Assembly: GCA_963699755.1 (NCBI GenBank)
Contig: CAVOVB010000003.1
Coordinates: 384,001-448,000, forward strand
From: an uncultured delta proteobacterium
Lineage (GTDB): Bacteria > Myxococcota_A > Polyangia > Polyangiales > Houyiibacteriaceae
Direction: 5' to 3'
DNA: 64,000 nt
Made by a program: the position numbers and the translations under genes
Shown: piece by piece, positions 28,829-42,732 of the stretch
Layout of the letters: each line of letters starts with the position of its first letter
Numbering within the stretch: position 1 is the stretch's first letter
Notes under the pieces: model-generated
Told to the model about the DNA's origin: nothing
Databases searched by the model: none
What the model saw: the letters and a program-made list of their open reading frames with translations, nothing else

Positions 28829-29938
28829 GTGAAGCTCTCAGCCGATAGATTGGCGCCTGCCTCGCATCCGATCGCGCGATTACCCGCCGAATGGGAAGAC
28901 CGCCTCGTGAGCTGGGGCGAGCCTCGCTATCGAGGCAAGCAGATCTTCGACTGGATCCATCGCCAGGGCGTCCTCGACCCGGACGAGATGAGCAATGTTC
29001 CAAAGCGTCTTCGAGAGCGACTGACAGCGGAAGGCCTCGGCTGGCCCATCGACATCGTTTCCACGCACGAGTCGGCCGATCAGACCAAGAAGCTCCTGGT
29101 CGGCATGCCCGATGGCGAGAAGGTCGAGACTGTGCTCATCCCGCAGCTCGAGGACGACCGCGTCGTGACCCAGTGCATTTCGAGCCAGGTCGGCTGCGCC
29201 ATGGGATGCGTGTTCTGTGCCTCCGGCGTGGCAGGCCTGAAGCGTCAGATGACCGACGCGGAGATCATCGCCCAGGTCTTGCTCGGTCGGCGTGAGCTCA
29301 ATCCCAACCAGAAGATCCGCAACGTGGTCTTCATGGGTATGGGCGAGCCTCTGCACAACTACGACGCGGTCGCGCGTGCTCTCGTTTTGCTGACCCACCC
29401 AGACGGCCTCGGCCTTTCCAAGCGGCGAGTCACGGTCTCCACAAGCGGCCTAGTCAAGCAAATCGATCGACTCGGCGAAGACTTTGCTGGCCAGGTGCAG
29501 CTCGCGATTTCCCTTCATGCGGTTCGTGACGAGGAACGTAGCACGATCATGCCGGTGAACCGCAAGCATGGTCTTGGCGAGCTCACCGATGCGTTGCGCC
29601 GCTATCCGCTCTCCAAGCGTCAGCGGATCACCATCGAATACACCTTGATCGAAGGCGTCAACGATTCGGTTCGTGATGCAAAGGAATTGGTCGAGCTGCT
29701 GCGTGGCATTCCAGTCAAGGTCAATCTGATTCCGATGAATCCGATCTCCGCATCGGATCTCCGCGCGCCCGACACCAGTCACGTGACGCGGTTCCAAGAG
29801 CAACTCACGCGGCGTGGGCTTTCAGTGTTCATCCGAAAGACGCGCGGAGACGACGTCGCCGCCGCCTGCGGGCAGCTCGCGTTCCATGGCTCACCCCGTA
29901 GAACGCTGCGTGGGGCCGCTGTGGACGACTCGGACTAG
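28829..29938 (+). CDS. rlmN: Dual-specificity RNA methyltransferase RlmN
   Basis: CISSQVGCAMGCVFCASG, VFMGMGEP, ISLHA, VNLIP, AACGQL. Confidence 0.96.
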   Translation: MKLSADRLAPASHPIARLPAEWEDRLVSWGEPRYRGKQIFDWIHRQGVLDPDEMSNVPKRLRERLTAEGLGWPIDIVSTHESADQTKKLLVGMPDGEKVETVLIPQLEDDRVVTQCISSQVGCAMGCVFCASGVAGLKRQMTDAEIIAQVLLGRRELNPNQKIRNVVFMGMGEPLHNYDAVARALVLLTHPDGLGLSKRRVTVSTSGLVKQIDRLGEDFAGQVQLAISLHAVRDEERSTIMPVNRKHGLGELTDALRRYPLSKRQRITIEYTLIEGVNDSVRDAKELVELLRGIPVKVNLIPMNPISASDLRAPDTSHVTRFQEQLTRRGLSVFIRKTRGDDVAAACGQLAFHGSPRRTLRGAAVDDSD

Positions 29939-31053
29939 AGGCTACCTCTCGCTTTGAGCGCTTTCACGATGTGCGGGCGCTCCTTGTCCATGTCGTCAGG
30001 GGTCTTGATCGGCTGAAAGCGTGCATCGGGCCCATGCCGCTCGACGCGAAGGAATGCTGAGTCGAGGAACGATGTCAGCTCGCCCACGAGCCGCTCGAAC
30101 TGGATGGCTGGCTTGCCGTCGACCGTCTTGTTCACCGCGAACCAAGTCAGAGGGAAGTCCGCGTCGATGGCCGCCGCGTCCAAAACGAATGTATTGGTGT
30201 TGAAGACCGGGATGCGCTCCTGGTCGAAATCTTCCGGGAAGCGAAACGCCTCGACGATTTGAGGCTTGCCATTGACGCGTGCTGGGGCTCCGCCCTTGTC
30301 GCCTGCCTCCTTGGGCGCCATTTCGGCGGTCAGGGCCGCGCCGGATTCCAAGTGCGCCCCGATGATCGCGGGGTCGAGCGTTGCGGTCAGGTTGTCGACG
30401 TTCGACATCATGAGCACCCGACCGCCAGAGTCGCGAAACTCTTTCAGGATTCCAGAACGACGAAGCGCGAAGGTGAGGTCTCCATGACCGGGGGCGTGTG
30501 GCGAGAGCGCATCGTAGCCATCTCGAAACAACTCGCCATCGGGCGCGACCCGCAGTGAAATGAACTGCCCGAAGGTCTTGATGGGTACACGCTCGGTGCT
30601 GAGCGGCTCAGCCATCTTCCGAATCGCGTCGTCGGTGGCGAAGCTCGACATCAGGTAGACCGGAATCCTGGCATTGGCACGCTCTGCCACGGCGGCGATG
30701 TCTTTGAGCTTGAGCTCGAGGAACGACTGGCCGTCGAGGACCTCGACCGCCGCTTTCACGACACCGCCGAAGCGAGTCGCCATCCCGCCAGCGAGGATGA
30801 CGGCTGCGACCTCGCCGCGGCGCATCGCCTCTTGACCTCGCTCGGTAAGCGCCTGACGGAGGTCGGAGCCGAGTGGGGGTAGGGCTCTCAGGTCCCCCTC
30901 TTCGGGCGGCTCCACGCTGCCGGTGATCCGGTTCTGGGCTTCTCCGAGCTCTCCTCGGAGCATCCGTTCCTTGAGCGACTCGAAGGGAATGTCCTCGAAT
31001 CCATACCTTTGAAGAAGTTCAGCGGTGTCTGCGTCTATTTCTCGTGATGCCAT
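29935..31053 (-). CDS. Eukaryote-type UTP--sugar-1-phosphate uridylyltransferase (UDPGP family)
   Basis: LAGGMATRFGGVVK, MSSFAT, APGHGD, SNVDNL, DKGG, FNTN, RFQPIK. Confidence 0.88.
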   Translation of the reverse strand: MASREIDADTAELLQRYGFEDIPFESLKERMLRGELGEAQNRITGSVEPPEEGDLRALPPLGSDLRQALTERGQEAMRRGEVAAVILAGGMATRFGGVVKAAVEVLDGQSFLELKLKDIAAVAERANARIPVYLMSSFATDDAIRKMAEPLSTERVPIKTFGQFISLRVAPDGELFRDGYDALSPHAPGHGDLTFALRRSGILKEFRDSGGRVLMMSNVDNLTATLDPAIIGAHLESGAALTAEMAPKEAGDKGGAPARVNGKPQIVEAFRFPEDFDQERIPVFNTNTFVLDAAAIDADFPLTWFAVNKTVDGKPAIQFERLVGELTSFLDSAFLRVERHGPDARFQPIKTPDDMDKERPHIVKALKARGSL

Positions 31054-31070
31054 CAGAATCGCCAAAACCG

Positions 31071-31090
31071 AAGCACTTTCTAAGCACTTT
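31071..31090. promoter_or_regulatory. Tandem 9-bp direct repeat with 11-bp period in a divergent intergenic region
   Basis: AAGCACTTT-CT-AAGCACTTT. Confidence 0.45.
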
Positions 31091-31163
31091 GTCGAGCGGG
31101 CCGCGCCCGCTCAGCGACGAGGGGGTGACGGCGGGCCCGGACGGACATACAGATAAGAGAGGA

Positions 31164-32498
31164 ATGATGGATTTCACCGCTCGGCTTACGGTAGTTCTCA
31201 CTGTTGGTATGGCCCTATTGATGGCCTTTCCGGTGTTAGCTGACTACGATGGTCCGGACGGCTATGGCGGCTCGACAGGGTATGGGTTCGAAGTCTCGCA
31301 CGACGGTTACAAGCGAGAAGGGCAGAGCACGGCAAGCCCCAACGAGGCGGATTACGTGGTCGTCGAAGCTGAAGAGGGGACCACCGAAGTCGTCGATGGG
31401 GAGACCGTGATCGTTGTGCAAGAGCCCGAGCCCATTGCCGCCACCGAGGAGGCGCCGCCGCCTCCGCAGACCGTCGTGGTCGTACAGCCCGAGGTCCAAT
31501 GTCCCGGGGCGATCTGGGTCGACGGTCACTGGGCCTACGGTAACGGTGAATACGTCTGGGTCGACGGGCACTGCGTCGTGGAAAGGGTCAACTACGTCTT
31601 CGTGCAGCCGCGCTGGGACTTCTATGCGAGCGTGTGGTGGTTCGTTCCGGGCTACTATCGACCGTGCGGCGTCTACGTGGGCTTTGGTTATTACCGACCC
31701 TGGCAATGGTTCCCGCCCTACTATCATCCGTACTACCGCGGGCGTTACCCCGTCCCGGCGCAAAGAAGCGTCCCGCGCCGCCCGACAACCGTTCAGGCAA
31801 GGCCTCCCGCTGGGCGACCGAGCCGCGGCGTCGTGAGTCGCCCCAGCTCTGCGCCTCGGGGCACTGCGAACGCCGGCCGCCGGCCTCCGACGAGCTACGG
31901 ACGCACAGGCACTGTCGGCCGCACGGGCAGTGCCACCCCCACCCGCACTGGAACCGTTGCGCGAGCACCAAGCACTCGCGCGGGCGCTGTGACACGCACC
32001 CCGCCAGGCACGAGCCGCGTCGACGCGGTCGGCCGCGCCGGGACCAGATCATCGCCTACGATGGTCGTACAACGGCCTCCTGGTGCGGCGGCACGAACCG
32101 CCGCAGTCGGCGGCGCCGGCCGGGGGCCTACGCTTACGAGCTCCGTCCCGCGGTCCAGACCAAGCAGTGCGCTGGTTAGCCAGCCTCGAGTCAACCCCTC
32201 GCGCACGAGCAGCGTCGGGCGGACAACATCACCGACGATTTCCAGACCTTCCGTCAACCGTACCCCGTCCTCGGGCGGCGTATCACCGGGTAGCACCGTG
32301 CAGCGTCCCAGCTCCGGCTCATCGCGTGGTGGCGGTTTTGCCCGACCTCGCGTCGGGGGCTCCAGCTCACGCACGGGGGTTTCCCGCCCGAGCTTCGGAG
32401 GCGCGCGTCCGAGCATGGGCAGAGGCGGAGGCTTCAGCAGACCGCCTTCGGGGGGTTTTGGCGGGGCCCGCAGTGTACCGACCGCCCGTGGCCGTTAG
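31164..32498 (+). CDS. Secreted YXWGXW-repeat protein with a long Arg/Ser/Gly/Pro/Thr-rich tail
   Basis: SD AGAGGA; signal peptide; IWVDGHW, YVWVDGH, WWFVPGYY; low-complexity basic C-terminus. Confidence 0.8.
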   Translation: MMDFTARLTVVLTVGMALLMAFPVLADYDGPDGYGGSTGYGFEVSHDGYKREGQSTASPNEADYVVVEAEEGTTEVVDGETVIVVQEPEPIAATEEAPPPPQTVVVVQPEVQCPGAIWVDGHWAYGNGEYVWVDGHCVVERVNYVFVQPRWDFYASVWWFVPGYYRPCGVYVGFGYYRPWQWFPPYYHPYYRGRYPVPAQRSVPRRPTTVQARPPAGRPSRGVVSRPSSAPRGTANAGRRPPTSYGRTGTVGRTGSATPTRTGTVARAPSTRAGAVTRTPPGTSRVDAVGRAGTRSSPTMVVQRPPGAAARTAAVGGAGRGPTLTSSVPRSRPSSALVSQPRVNPSRTSSVGRTTSPTISRPSVNRTPSSGGVSPGSTVQRPSSGSSRGGGFARPRVGGSSSRTGVSRPSFGGARPSMGRGGGFSRPPSGGFGGARSVPTARGR

Positions 32499-32575
32499 CC
32501 CTTTGACGACTCTTTGCCCGCCAGGGGGGACAGTGCAACCTTATAAAAGGGAGTAGACTATCACCCTGAGGTTTC

Positions 32576-34167
32576 GTGCGTCGTCGTTACAGAGAACCAG
32601 TCGCCATTGCGTTCGCGCTTGCGTTGCTCGCATCGCTCTCGGTGCATCTTCCCGTGTACGACATTCTCGGCGGGCTGGCTGACCGTATTCGCCTTGAGCA
32701 AGAAGAAGCGAGAAATAGGCAGACCTTCGAGCCGGTCGAGGTGGACTTCGAAGCCACGGGAGATACCGATGCCAAGCGGCCCGAGAAGAAGGAGGCGCGC
32801 GAGCGCCAAAAGGCCAAGCGCGAGCGCGTGATCAAGACCGTGGAGGCACAGGCAGAGGCGCAGGTCCAGACGAAGCAGAACGCTCGGCCCCCCGAGCTGA
32901 CATCGCCGCAGGCTGTGCAGCAGCACAGCACCAATCCAGACGTTGAGCCGGAGAACCCCGAGTTCATCGCGGAGGAGAACAACCGAGTCGAAGAGCAGAC
33001 CGTCGCCCAGGTCCGCAACATGATTCGCGATGACAAGATGCCGTCGCCCGGTCGGCAGGAGAAACCTTCCGATACCCTGGAAGAGCAGGGCAATGCGCGT
33101 GACGAAGAAATCGCCGAGCTCCGCAACAAGGAGGGAAGCGACGCGCGCAAGGTCACCGACGCGGAAGCTAGCCGTGAGCGCCCCGACAAAGCCATCGAGG
33201 CGGACCCGATCAAGGCCGAGCGCGTGAGTAACCGGGCGCCGGATGGAAAGCGGTCGAACGACGCTGGCGACCGCACGGCAGAGGCCGCCGAGGAAACGAT
33301 CACGATTACCGATCCGGCTGGGACGTTCAGCATTCGACGCCCGAGCAACCCCGCGCAGGGCGGCGGCGCGAAGGGGCAAGGCCCGGGTGGAAAGATGGCC
33401 TGGTCCGAGTTCGAGGCAGCAGTGGGCTCCGACAAGCTCGATGAGGATCGCAGAGCGTACCTCGCCGAGCGCAAGTCTTCGCAGCGTGGCATCACGCGGG
33501 AAAAGACTTGGAACGAATTCCGCGCAGCCATTGAGAACTACGTACCCGGCGTGAAGCGGGGAGCGACCACCGCGCTGAATGCAGCCGCCTCGCCCTTTGC
33601 GACTTACATCGCGGCGGTGCATCGACGTATCCATCAGGAGTTTGCTGACCGTTTTTTGCGGAGCCTACCGATCGGTGGCAGCCCGTATCAAGATCCCACG
33701 CTCATGACCAAGCTCGAAATCGTTCTCAACCGCGACGGTTCGGTTCATCGAGTTGGTGTGGTCCGGTCGAGCGGACTCTTGCCGTTTGATTTTGGCGCTT
33801 TCAACTCGGTGCTCCGCGGTCAGCCGTATCCGCCGCCGCCGGATTCGATTCTCAGCGGCGATGGGCGGGTCTACTTCCACTGGGGCTTCTATCGAAATCA
33901 GCGTCAGTGTGGCACGTTCAATGCGGAGCCCTACATCATTGCGAATCCTCGCGGTGGAAAGGGACGGCAGGATGGCCTCACCGACGCGCCCGACTCCGAT
34001 ATCGTCGTTCCCGTAGATGCCAAACCGACTTGGCGAACGCGCGAGGAGAAATCGAACGAACAGAACGAGCCCAAGCAGCCTCGCCAGAAGTCTCCGCCCG
34101 CGCAGCCTAAGGAGCCAGACGAGGAGGCGCCCGTGGTGCCACTTCCGCCCCCCGGCTCCGGCCTGGG

Positions 34168-34171
<4 letters not shown>
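32576..34171 (+). CDS. TonB/TolA C-terminal domain protein
   Basis: TM with SxxxH (LASLSVHL), charged Pro-rich linker, LEIVLNRDGSV..VVRSSG..FD..A..PYPPPP. Confidence 0.85.
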
Positions 34172-38394
<4,223 letters not shown>

Positions 38395-38478
38395 AGCCGC
38401 GTGCTAACCGCAGCAGGATTCCCGGAGGCCAAAATCAGGGGTGAAAACGGCTTCTGGGGCTTGGGAGGAAGGCGGCCG

Positions 38479-40725
38479 ATGCGATTGTTCTTGTTGGTGC
38501 TCACGACCCTTTGGGTGGCGACGGCCTGTAGCCGCAGTCGGTCCAAGTCGGACCCGTTCACGGGGCTTCAACCCCATACGGATCTAATCGAGATTCGTCA
38601 TCTGGCCGAGGTGCGCGATGGCGGCTGGTATCTCGATTTCGGCACGCCCGCACAGGCGAAGTACACGGTGGGTGACTGGCGTAGTGGCTGGGTTGGCAAG
38701 GGCGTCGACGGCGACACGAGTTACGCGCACGCAGGTATACGTGGCCGGCTGTACTTCAACGCAGACGTTTCCGAGGCGCTCGTCGCGCGTGTCCGGCTGA
38801 GGCCGCATGGCACGCACGCGCTCACACCATACCTCAACAACCAGCAGCTCGCGTCGATTCACCTCGGCAAGGGCGACGGGTTCGCAGCATACGAGATCGA
38901 GCTTCCGAAGGAGCGCGTGCAAGTCGGCGAGAACTACTTGTTGCTAGCCTTCGGGGGAACGACCCCGATCGATCGGCAGGACGTTTCGGTCGCCGTCGAT
39001 TCGATTTGGATTCGAAAGAAGTCCGAACCGTCCAAGACCGCGCCCGTGCCTACCTATGATGCCATGGTCGCCAAGGTTCGCCTTGGCGACGAAGAGCGGC
39101 AAGCGGTCGCCTTGTCGCGAGCGTCGACGTTGCGGTACTACGTCGCGGTTCCGACGGAGGGCTCCTTGGGATTCGGCGTCGGTGTCGAAGGCGAGGGGGA
39201 TGCAGCTTTCGCGATCGAGGTGACGGCAGATGGGCAGCCGAGCGAGGAACTGCTCGCGGGCACGGCATCGGGCACCTGGACCGACCACCGGGTCGACTTG
39301 AGCCGCTTTGCGGGCGAGACGGTCCGGATCGATCTTCGTGCGCAAGGCCAGGGACCAGGGCGATTGGCTTGGAGCTCGCCGCGCATCTTGGTGCCGGAAC
39401 GAAAGAATCAAGCGCTCGAGCCGGCAAAGAACGTCGTCCTGCTGGTCATCGACACGCTTCGCGCCGACAAGCTTCGCCCCTTCAACCCCGAGACTCGCGT
39501 GAAGACGCCCGCGATCGACAAGCTCGCATCCGAAGGCGTGGTGTTCGAGCTCGCGCAGTCACCCGAGAACTGGACCAAGCCAGCGGTGGCTTCGATCCTG
39601 ACCGGACTTCACCCACAAACGCACCAGCAAAAGACGGGCGACGCCGCGCTGCCGAGCTCGGCGGAGCTCTTGAGCGAGCACTTGCGAGACGAAGGGTTCG
39701 CGACCGGCAGCTTCATCGCGAACGGCTATGTCTCCGATCGCTTTGGCTTCGACCAGGGCTGGGACGACTACAGCAACTACATTCGCGAGGGCAAGAGCAC
39801 CGAAGCGAAGGACGTCTTCCGGGAGGCCGGGAACTGGATCGAAGCCCACCGGGACGAACGCTTCTTCGCGTACATCCAAACCATCGATCCGCACGTGCCT
39901 TATGATCCTCCCGGCGAGTACCTGCGGATGTACGACCCGAGCGAGTACGACGGGCAGGTCAAGCCGCGGATGACGGGCGACCTGCTGGAGAAGGCCAAGC
40001 GCAAACCTCCGCAAGTCGTCTTCGACGCCAGCGACAAGCGTAGATTGAAGGCGCTGCACGACGGCGAGATCACGAAGCATGATCACTTCTTTGGCGCGTT
40101 CCTCGAGCGCCTGAGTGAGCTCGGGCTCAGTGACGACACGCTGATCGTGGTGACTGCGGATCATGGCGAAGAGCTCGATGACCACGGATCGTGGGGTCAC
40201 GGCCACTCCGTGTATCAAGAGCTTCTTCACGTGCCCTTGGTGTTTCGCCTTCCGAAGCGGCTACCCGCTGGTACGAGGGTCGGCGATGCGGTCAGCACGC
40301 TCGACATCTCTGCGACAGTGACCAAGCTCCTGGGCGTGCCCGCCATGGCCGATAACGAAGGGCAGGCGCTCGTTGGGTTGATGCTCGGGGACGCGCCCGC
40401 TCGGCCAGCCGTTGCGTTTAGCGATTTTCAGGACGACCGCCGCGTGGTGACCAGCCGCAGATGGAAGCTCGTCCTGCGCGGGAACCTCAGCTCGACGATG
40501 TTCGACCTGGTAGCCGACCCCTTGGAGAAGCAACCGCTTGGCGCTTCTGCGTTTCCCATTGGGCGTCGCTATTCGCGGATGTTGCTCGGGCAGTTCCTCG
40601 GAGCCGGCAACCGCAGGGACTGGTTGAGCGCGGAGCAGAAGGGCGGTACACAGCTGGAGCCGGAGAACGCCGAGATGGACGACACCATTCGAGATCAGCT
40701 ACGCGCGCTCGGCTACGCGCACTGA
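38479..40725 (+). CDS. Sulfatase/alkaline-phosphatase superfamily lipoprotein (Thr at the nucleophile position)
   Basis: SD GGGAGG; lipobox VATAC; DTLRAD, WTKPAVASILTG, DPHVPY, TADHGE, LHVPL. Confidence 0.88.
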   Translation: MRLFLLVLTTLWVATACSRSRSKSDPFTGLQPHTDLIEIRHLAEVRDGGWYLDFGTPAQAKYTVGDWRSGWVGKGVDGDTSYAHAGIRGRLYFNADVSEALVARVRLRPHGTHALTPYLNNQQLASIHLGKGDGFAAYEIELPKERVQVGENYLLLAFGGTTPIDRQDVSVAVDSIWIRKKSEPSKTAPVPTYDAMVAKVRLGDEERQAVALSRASTLRYYVAVPTEGSLGFGVGVEGEGDAAFAIEVTADGQPSEELLAGTASGTWTDHRVDLSRFAGETVRIDLRAQGQGPGRLAWSSPRILVPERKNQALEPAKNVVLLVIDTLRADKLRPFNPETRVKTPAIDKLASEGVVFELAQSPENWTKPAVASILTGLHPQTHQQKTGDAALPSSAELLSEHLRDEGFATGSFIANGYVSDRFGFDQGWDDYSNYIREGKSTEAKDVFREAGNWIEAHRDERFFAYIQTIDPHVPYDPPGEYLRMYDPSEYDGQVKPRMTGDLLEKAKRKPPQVVFDASDKRRLKALHDGEITKHDHFFGAFLERLSELGLSDDTLIVVTADHGEELDDHGSWGHGHSVYQELLHVPLVFRLPKRLPAGTRVGDAVSTLDISATVTKLLGVPAMADNEGQALVGLMLGDAPARPAVAFSDFQDDRRVVTSRRWKLVLRGNLSSTMFDLVADPLEKQPLGASAFPIGRRYSRMLLGQFLGAGNRRDWLSAEQKGGTQLEPENAEMDDTIRDQLRALGYAH

Positions 40726-40729
40726 GATC

Positions 40730-42601
40730 ATGCCCCTCATCGAACAAACTCCGGCGCGGTATTTGAGAAGCCCGCGTTTGGAGCCGGTGGCAGACGGAGG
40801 TGCGCTCTTGCATGTCTTCGCTTGGGCCGGCGATGAAGAATACGTTCTCCGATTCAACGTGGCCGAGGACGGCTCGGTGCTAGGGGAGGCGGGCGCGACG
40901 GACCATTGCCCTGGCATCATTGCTTGGGCGCCAGGGGTTTCGCATCCGATCAACGATCCGAGTGCGGAGCTCGCAGCGGAGCATCAGGGCTGGCGGGTGG
41001 AAGTCCAACACCTGGGCCCTCGGTCGAGCGTGGTCGTTGCGCCGCCGTCAGGCGGAGAGTTCGTCGTCTGGACGGCGTTCGGAATCGCAGCGGCGCCCTG
41101 CATCAGTGCTGCGCCGGGTGGCGCCTGGGTTGGATTTCATCACGACGTGCGAGAAGACACGGGGGTACCGGACATCGCGAAGTGGATCGCGGTGCGCTTC
41201 GTCGATATGGAGGGCCGCGTATTCGAGCCGGCCGGACCGATGACCGACCGCAATCGGGACCTCGAGGGCGAACAACAGGGTTTCGAGTTCCCGACGATCG
41301 TGGTTGGAGAGGATGGGGCGATCGACCTGTTCGGACGCGGCTCTCACGCGATCTACCGGCAAAGGCTCAACGGCGATGGCTTCGCGCCCCGGGAGCCGCT
41401 CGACGATGGCCGTTGGGGATGCCGGGGAAGGCGCGTCAGCGCGGTTGGCCTGGCCAGCGGAACGACGCTTGCGGCGTGGCGCGGCCGCAAAGGCATTCAG
41501 ATCGAGTCCTTCGATAGGCCATCGGGCGGAGCGCCCGAGCTCGTCGAAGCGAAGGTCGACGTCGGCGACTTCGAGCCCGTGCCGGTGCACGCGGCCGCAT
41601 GGTCTGGGCCGCAGGTCTTGTTTGGTGACATCCAGCAGCATAGCGCCCATTCCGACGGCGTGGGCAGTGCGGACGAGGCCTATCTTCGCGCGCGCTACCG
41701 CTACGGCGACGACTTCGCGGCACTGACTGATCACGAATCGTTTCTCGGCAAACGAATCGGGCCGGGCGAGTGGGCCTATCTGCAGGCGGTGACCGAACGG
41801 CACGACGAGCCAGGTGAGTTTGCCACCATCGTCGCGTACGAGTGGACGGGCAAGGCGTATCCAGGGCCCGGGCACAAGTGCATTTACCTTCCAGGCCCGG
41901 GCCTTCCGATCATCTCTCGCGATGAGGTTCCCGAAGGGCGTGAGATCGTTCAGCGGATTCGCGCCCAGGGAGCGTTCACGGGGCCGCACCACATCGGCTG
42001 GACGGGCGCGGACGTGCCCGGTCACGATCCCTTGGGCCAACCGGTTTGGGAGATCTGCTCCTGCCACGGCTGCTACGAGCACCCCGATCATCCGCTCGGG
42101 TATCGAGGCGAGCTCGTCGATCAGTTTGCCAAGCCATTGCTCGACAGCGGGCTGCGGTTCGGCTTCATCGCGAACTCCGACAGCCATGGGCTCCTTTGGC
42201 ACCATGGGGAGTGCCGAAAACGCGATCCGTTTCGCACTGGGCTGACCGCCGTCATTTCCTCGACGCGCACCCGCGAGGCGATTCTCGAAGCAATTCGTGC
42301 GCGTCGCTGCTACGCAACCAGCGGTGCCAAGATTCTGCTCGACCTGCACGTCGCCGGCTTTCCGATGGGAAGCGAGCTCGACATTGATGGACCGGTCGAG
42401 GTGCACGCGCGAGCGCTCGGAACGACCGACATCGAACGCATCGAGCTGCTGACGCCCGCGGGGGTGGCGGCATCAGACAAGCCTAAGTCCCCATCGGCCT
42501 CGTTCGTCGCCGAGGTCGACGCAGCGTACGTCTACTGCCGCGTCATGCAGGCTGATGGCGAAATGGCCTGGTCTAGCCCCATCTTCTTCAACCGCGCCTA
42601 G
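40730..42601 (+). CDS. PHP-fold metallohydrolase (DUF3604/CehA-McbA-like) with beta-rich N-terminus
   Basis: GDIQQHSAHSDG, AALTDH, YEWT, PHH, NSDSHG, GLTAV..TREAILEAIRARRCYATSG, AWSSPIF. Confidence 0.82.
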   Translation: MPLIEQTPARYLRSPRLEPVADGGALLHVFAWAGDEEYVLRFNVAEDGSVLGEAGATDHCPGIIAWAPGVSHPINDPSAELAAEHQGWRVEVQHLGPRSSVVVAPPSGGEFVVWTAFGIAAAPCISAAPGGAWVGFHHDVREDTGVPDIAKWIAVRFVDMEGRVFEPAGPMTDRNRDLEGEQQGFEFPTIVVGEDGAIDLFGRGSHAIYRQRLNGDGFAPREPLDDGRWGCRGRRVSAVGLASGTTLAAWRGRKGIQIESFDRPSGGAPELVEAKVDVGDFEPVPVHAAAWSGPQVLFGDIQQHSAHSDGVGSADEAYLRARYRYGDDFAALTDHESFLGKRIGPGEWAYLQAVTERHDEPGEFATIVAYEWTGKAYPGPGHKCIYLPGPGLPIISRDEVPEGREIVQRIRAQGAFTGPHHIGWTGADVPGHDPLGQPVWEICSCHGCYEHPDHPLGYRGELVDQFAKPLLDSGLRFGFIANSDSHGLLWHHGECRKRDPFRTGLTAVISSTRTREAILEAIRARRCYATSGAKILLDLHVAGFPMGSELDIDGPVEVHARALGTTDIERIELLTPAGVAASDKPKSPSASFVAEVDAAYVYCRVMQADGEMAWSSPIFFNRA

Positions 42602-42721
42602 TGTGCGGATCGTTTCACCTGTGGTCGGCTTACCTCCTCGCTCACTCCCTGCGAGGTACCGACGTACCTCTCAGTCGCTCCCTGTGGGCGCGCTCGACCA
42701 CAAGCGAGAATCTCTCGCACA
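42602..42721. repeat. ~120-bp nested palindromic element (REP/MITE-like) between convergent genes
   Basis: TGTGCG/CGCACA, TGTGGTCG/CGACCACA and GAGGTAC-CGAC-GTACCTC nested arms. Confidence 0.6.
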
Positions 42722-42732
42722 GCCGTGCGGGG

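Noticed and set aside
42050..42080. CSCHGC in the PHP protein as a heme c motif
   Set aside because: Spacing is CxCH, not CxxCH, and the protein has no signal peptide.
41048..42406. Long antisense ORFs (also 23420-24733, 33931-35019, 35330-36400, 56302-57294, 61936-63240)
   Set aside because: They lie opposite well-supported genes and are expected shadows of high-GC codon bias; no motifs.
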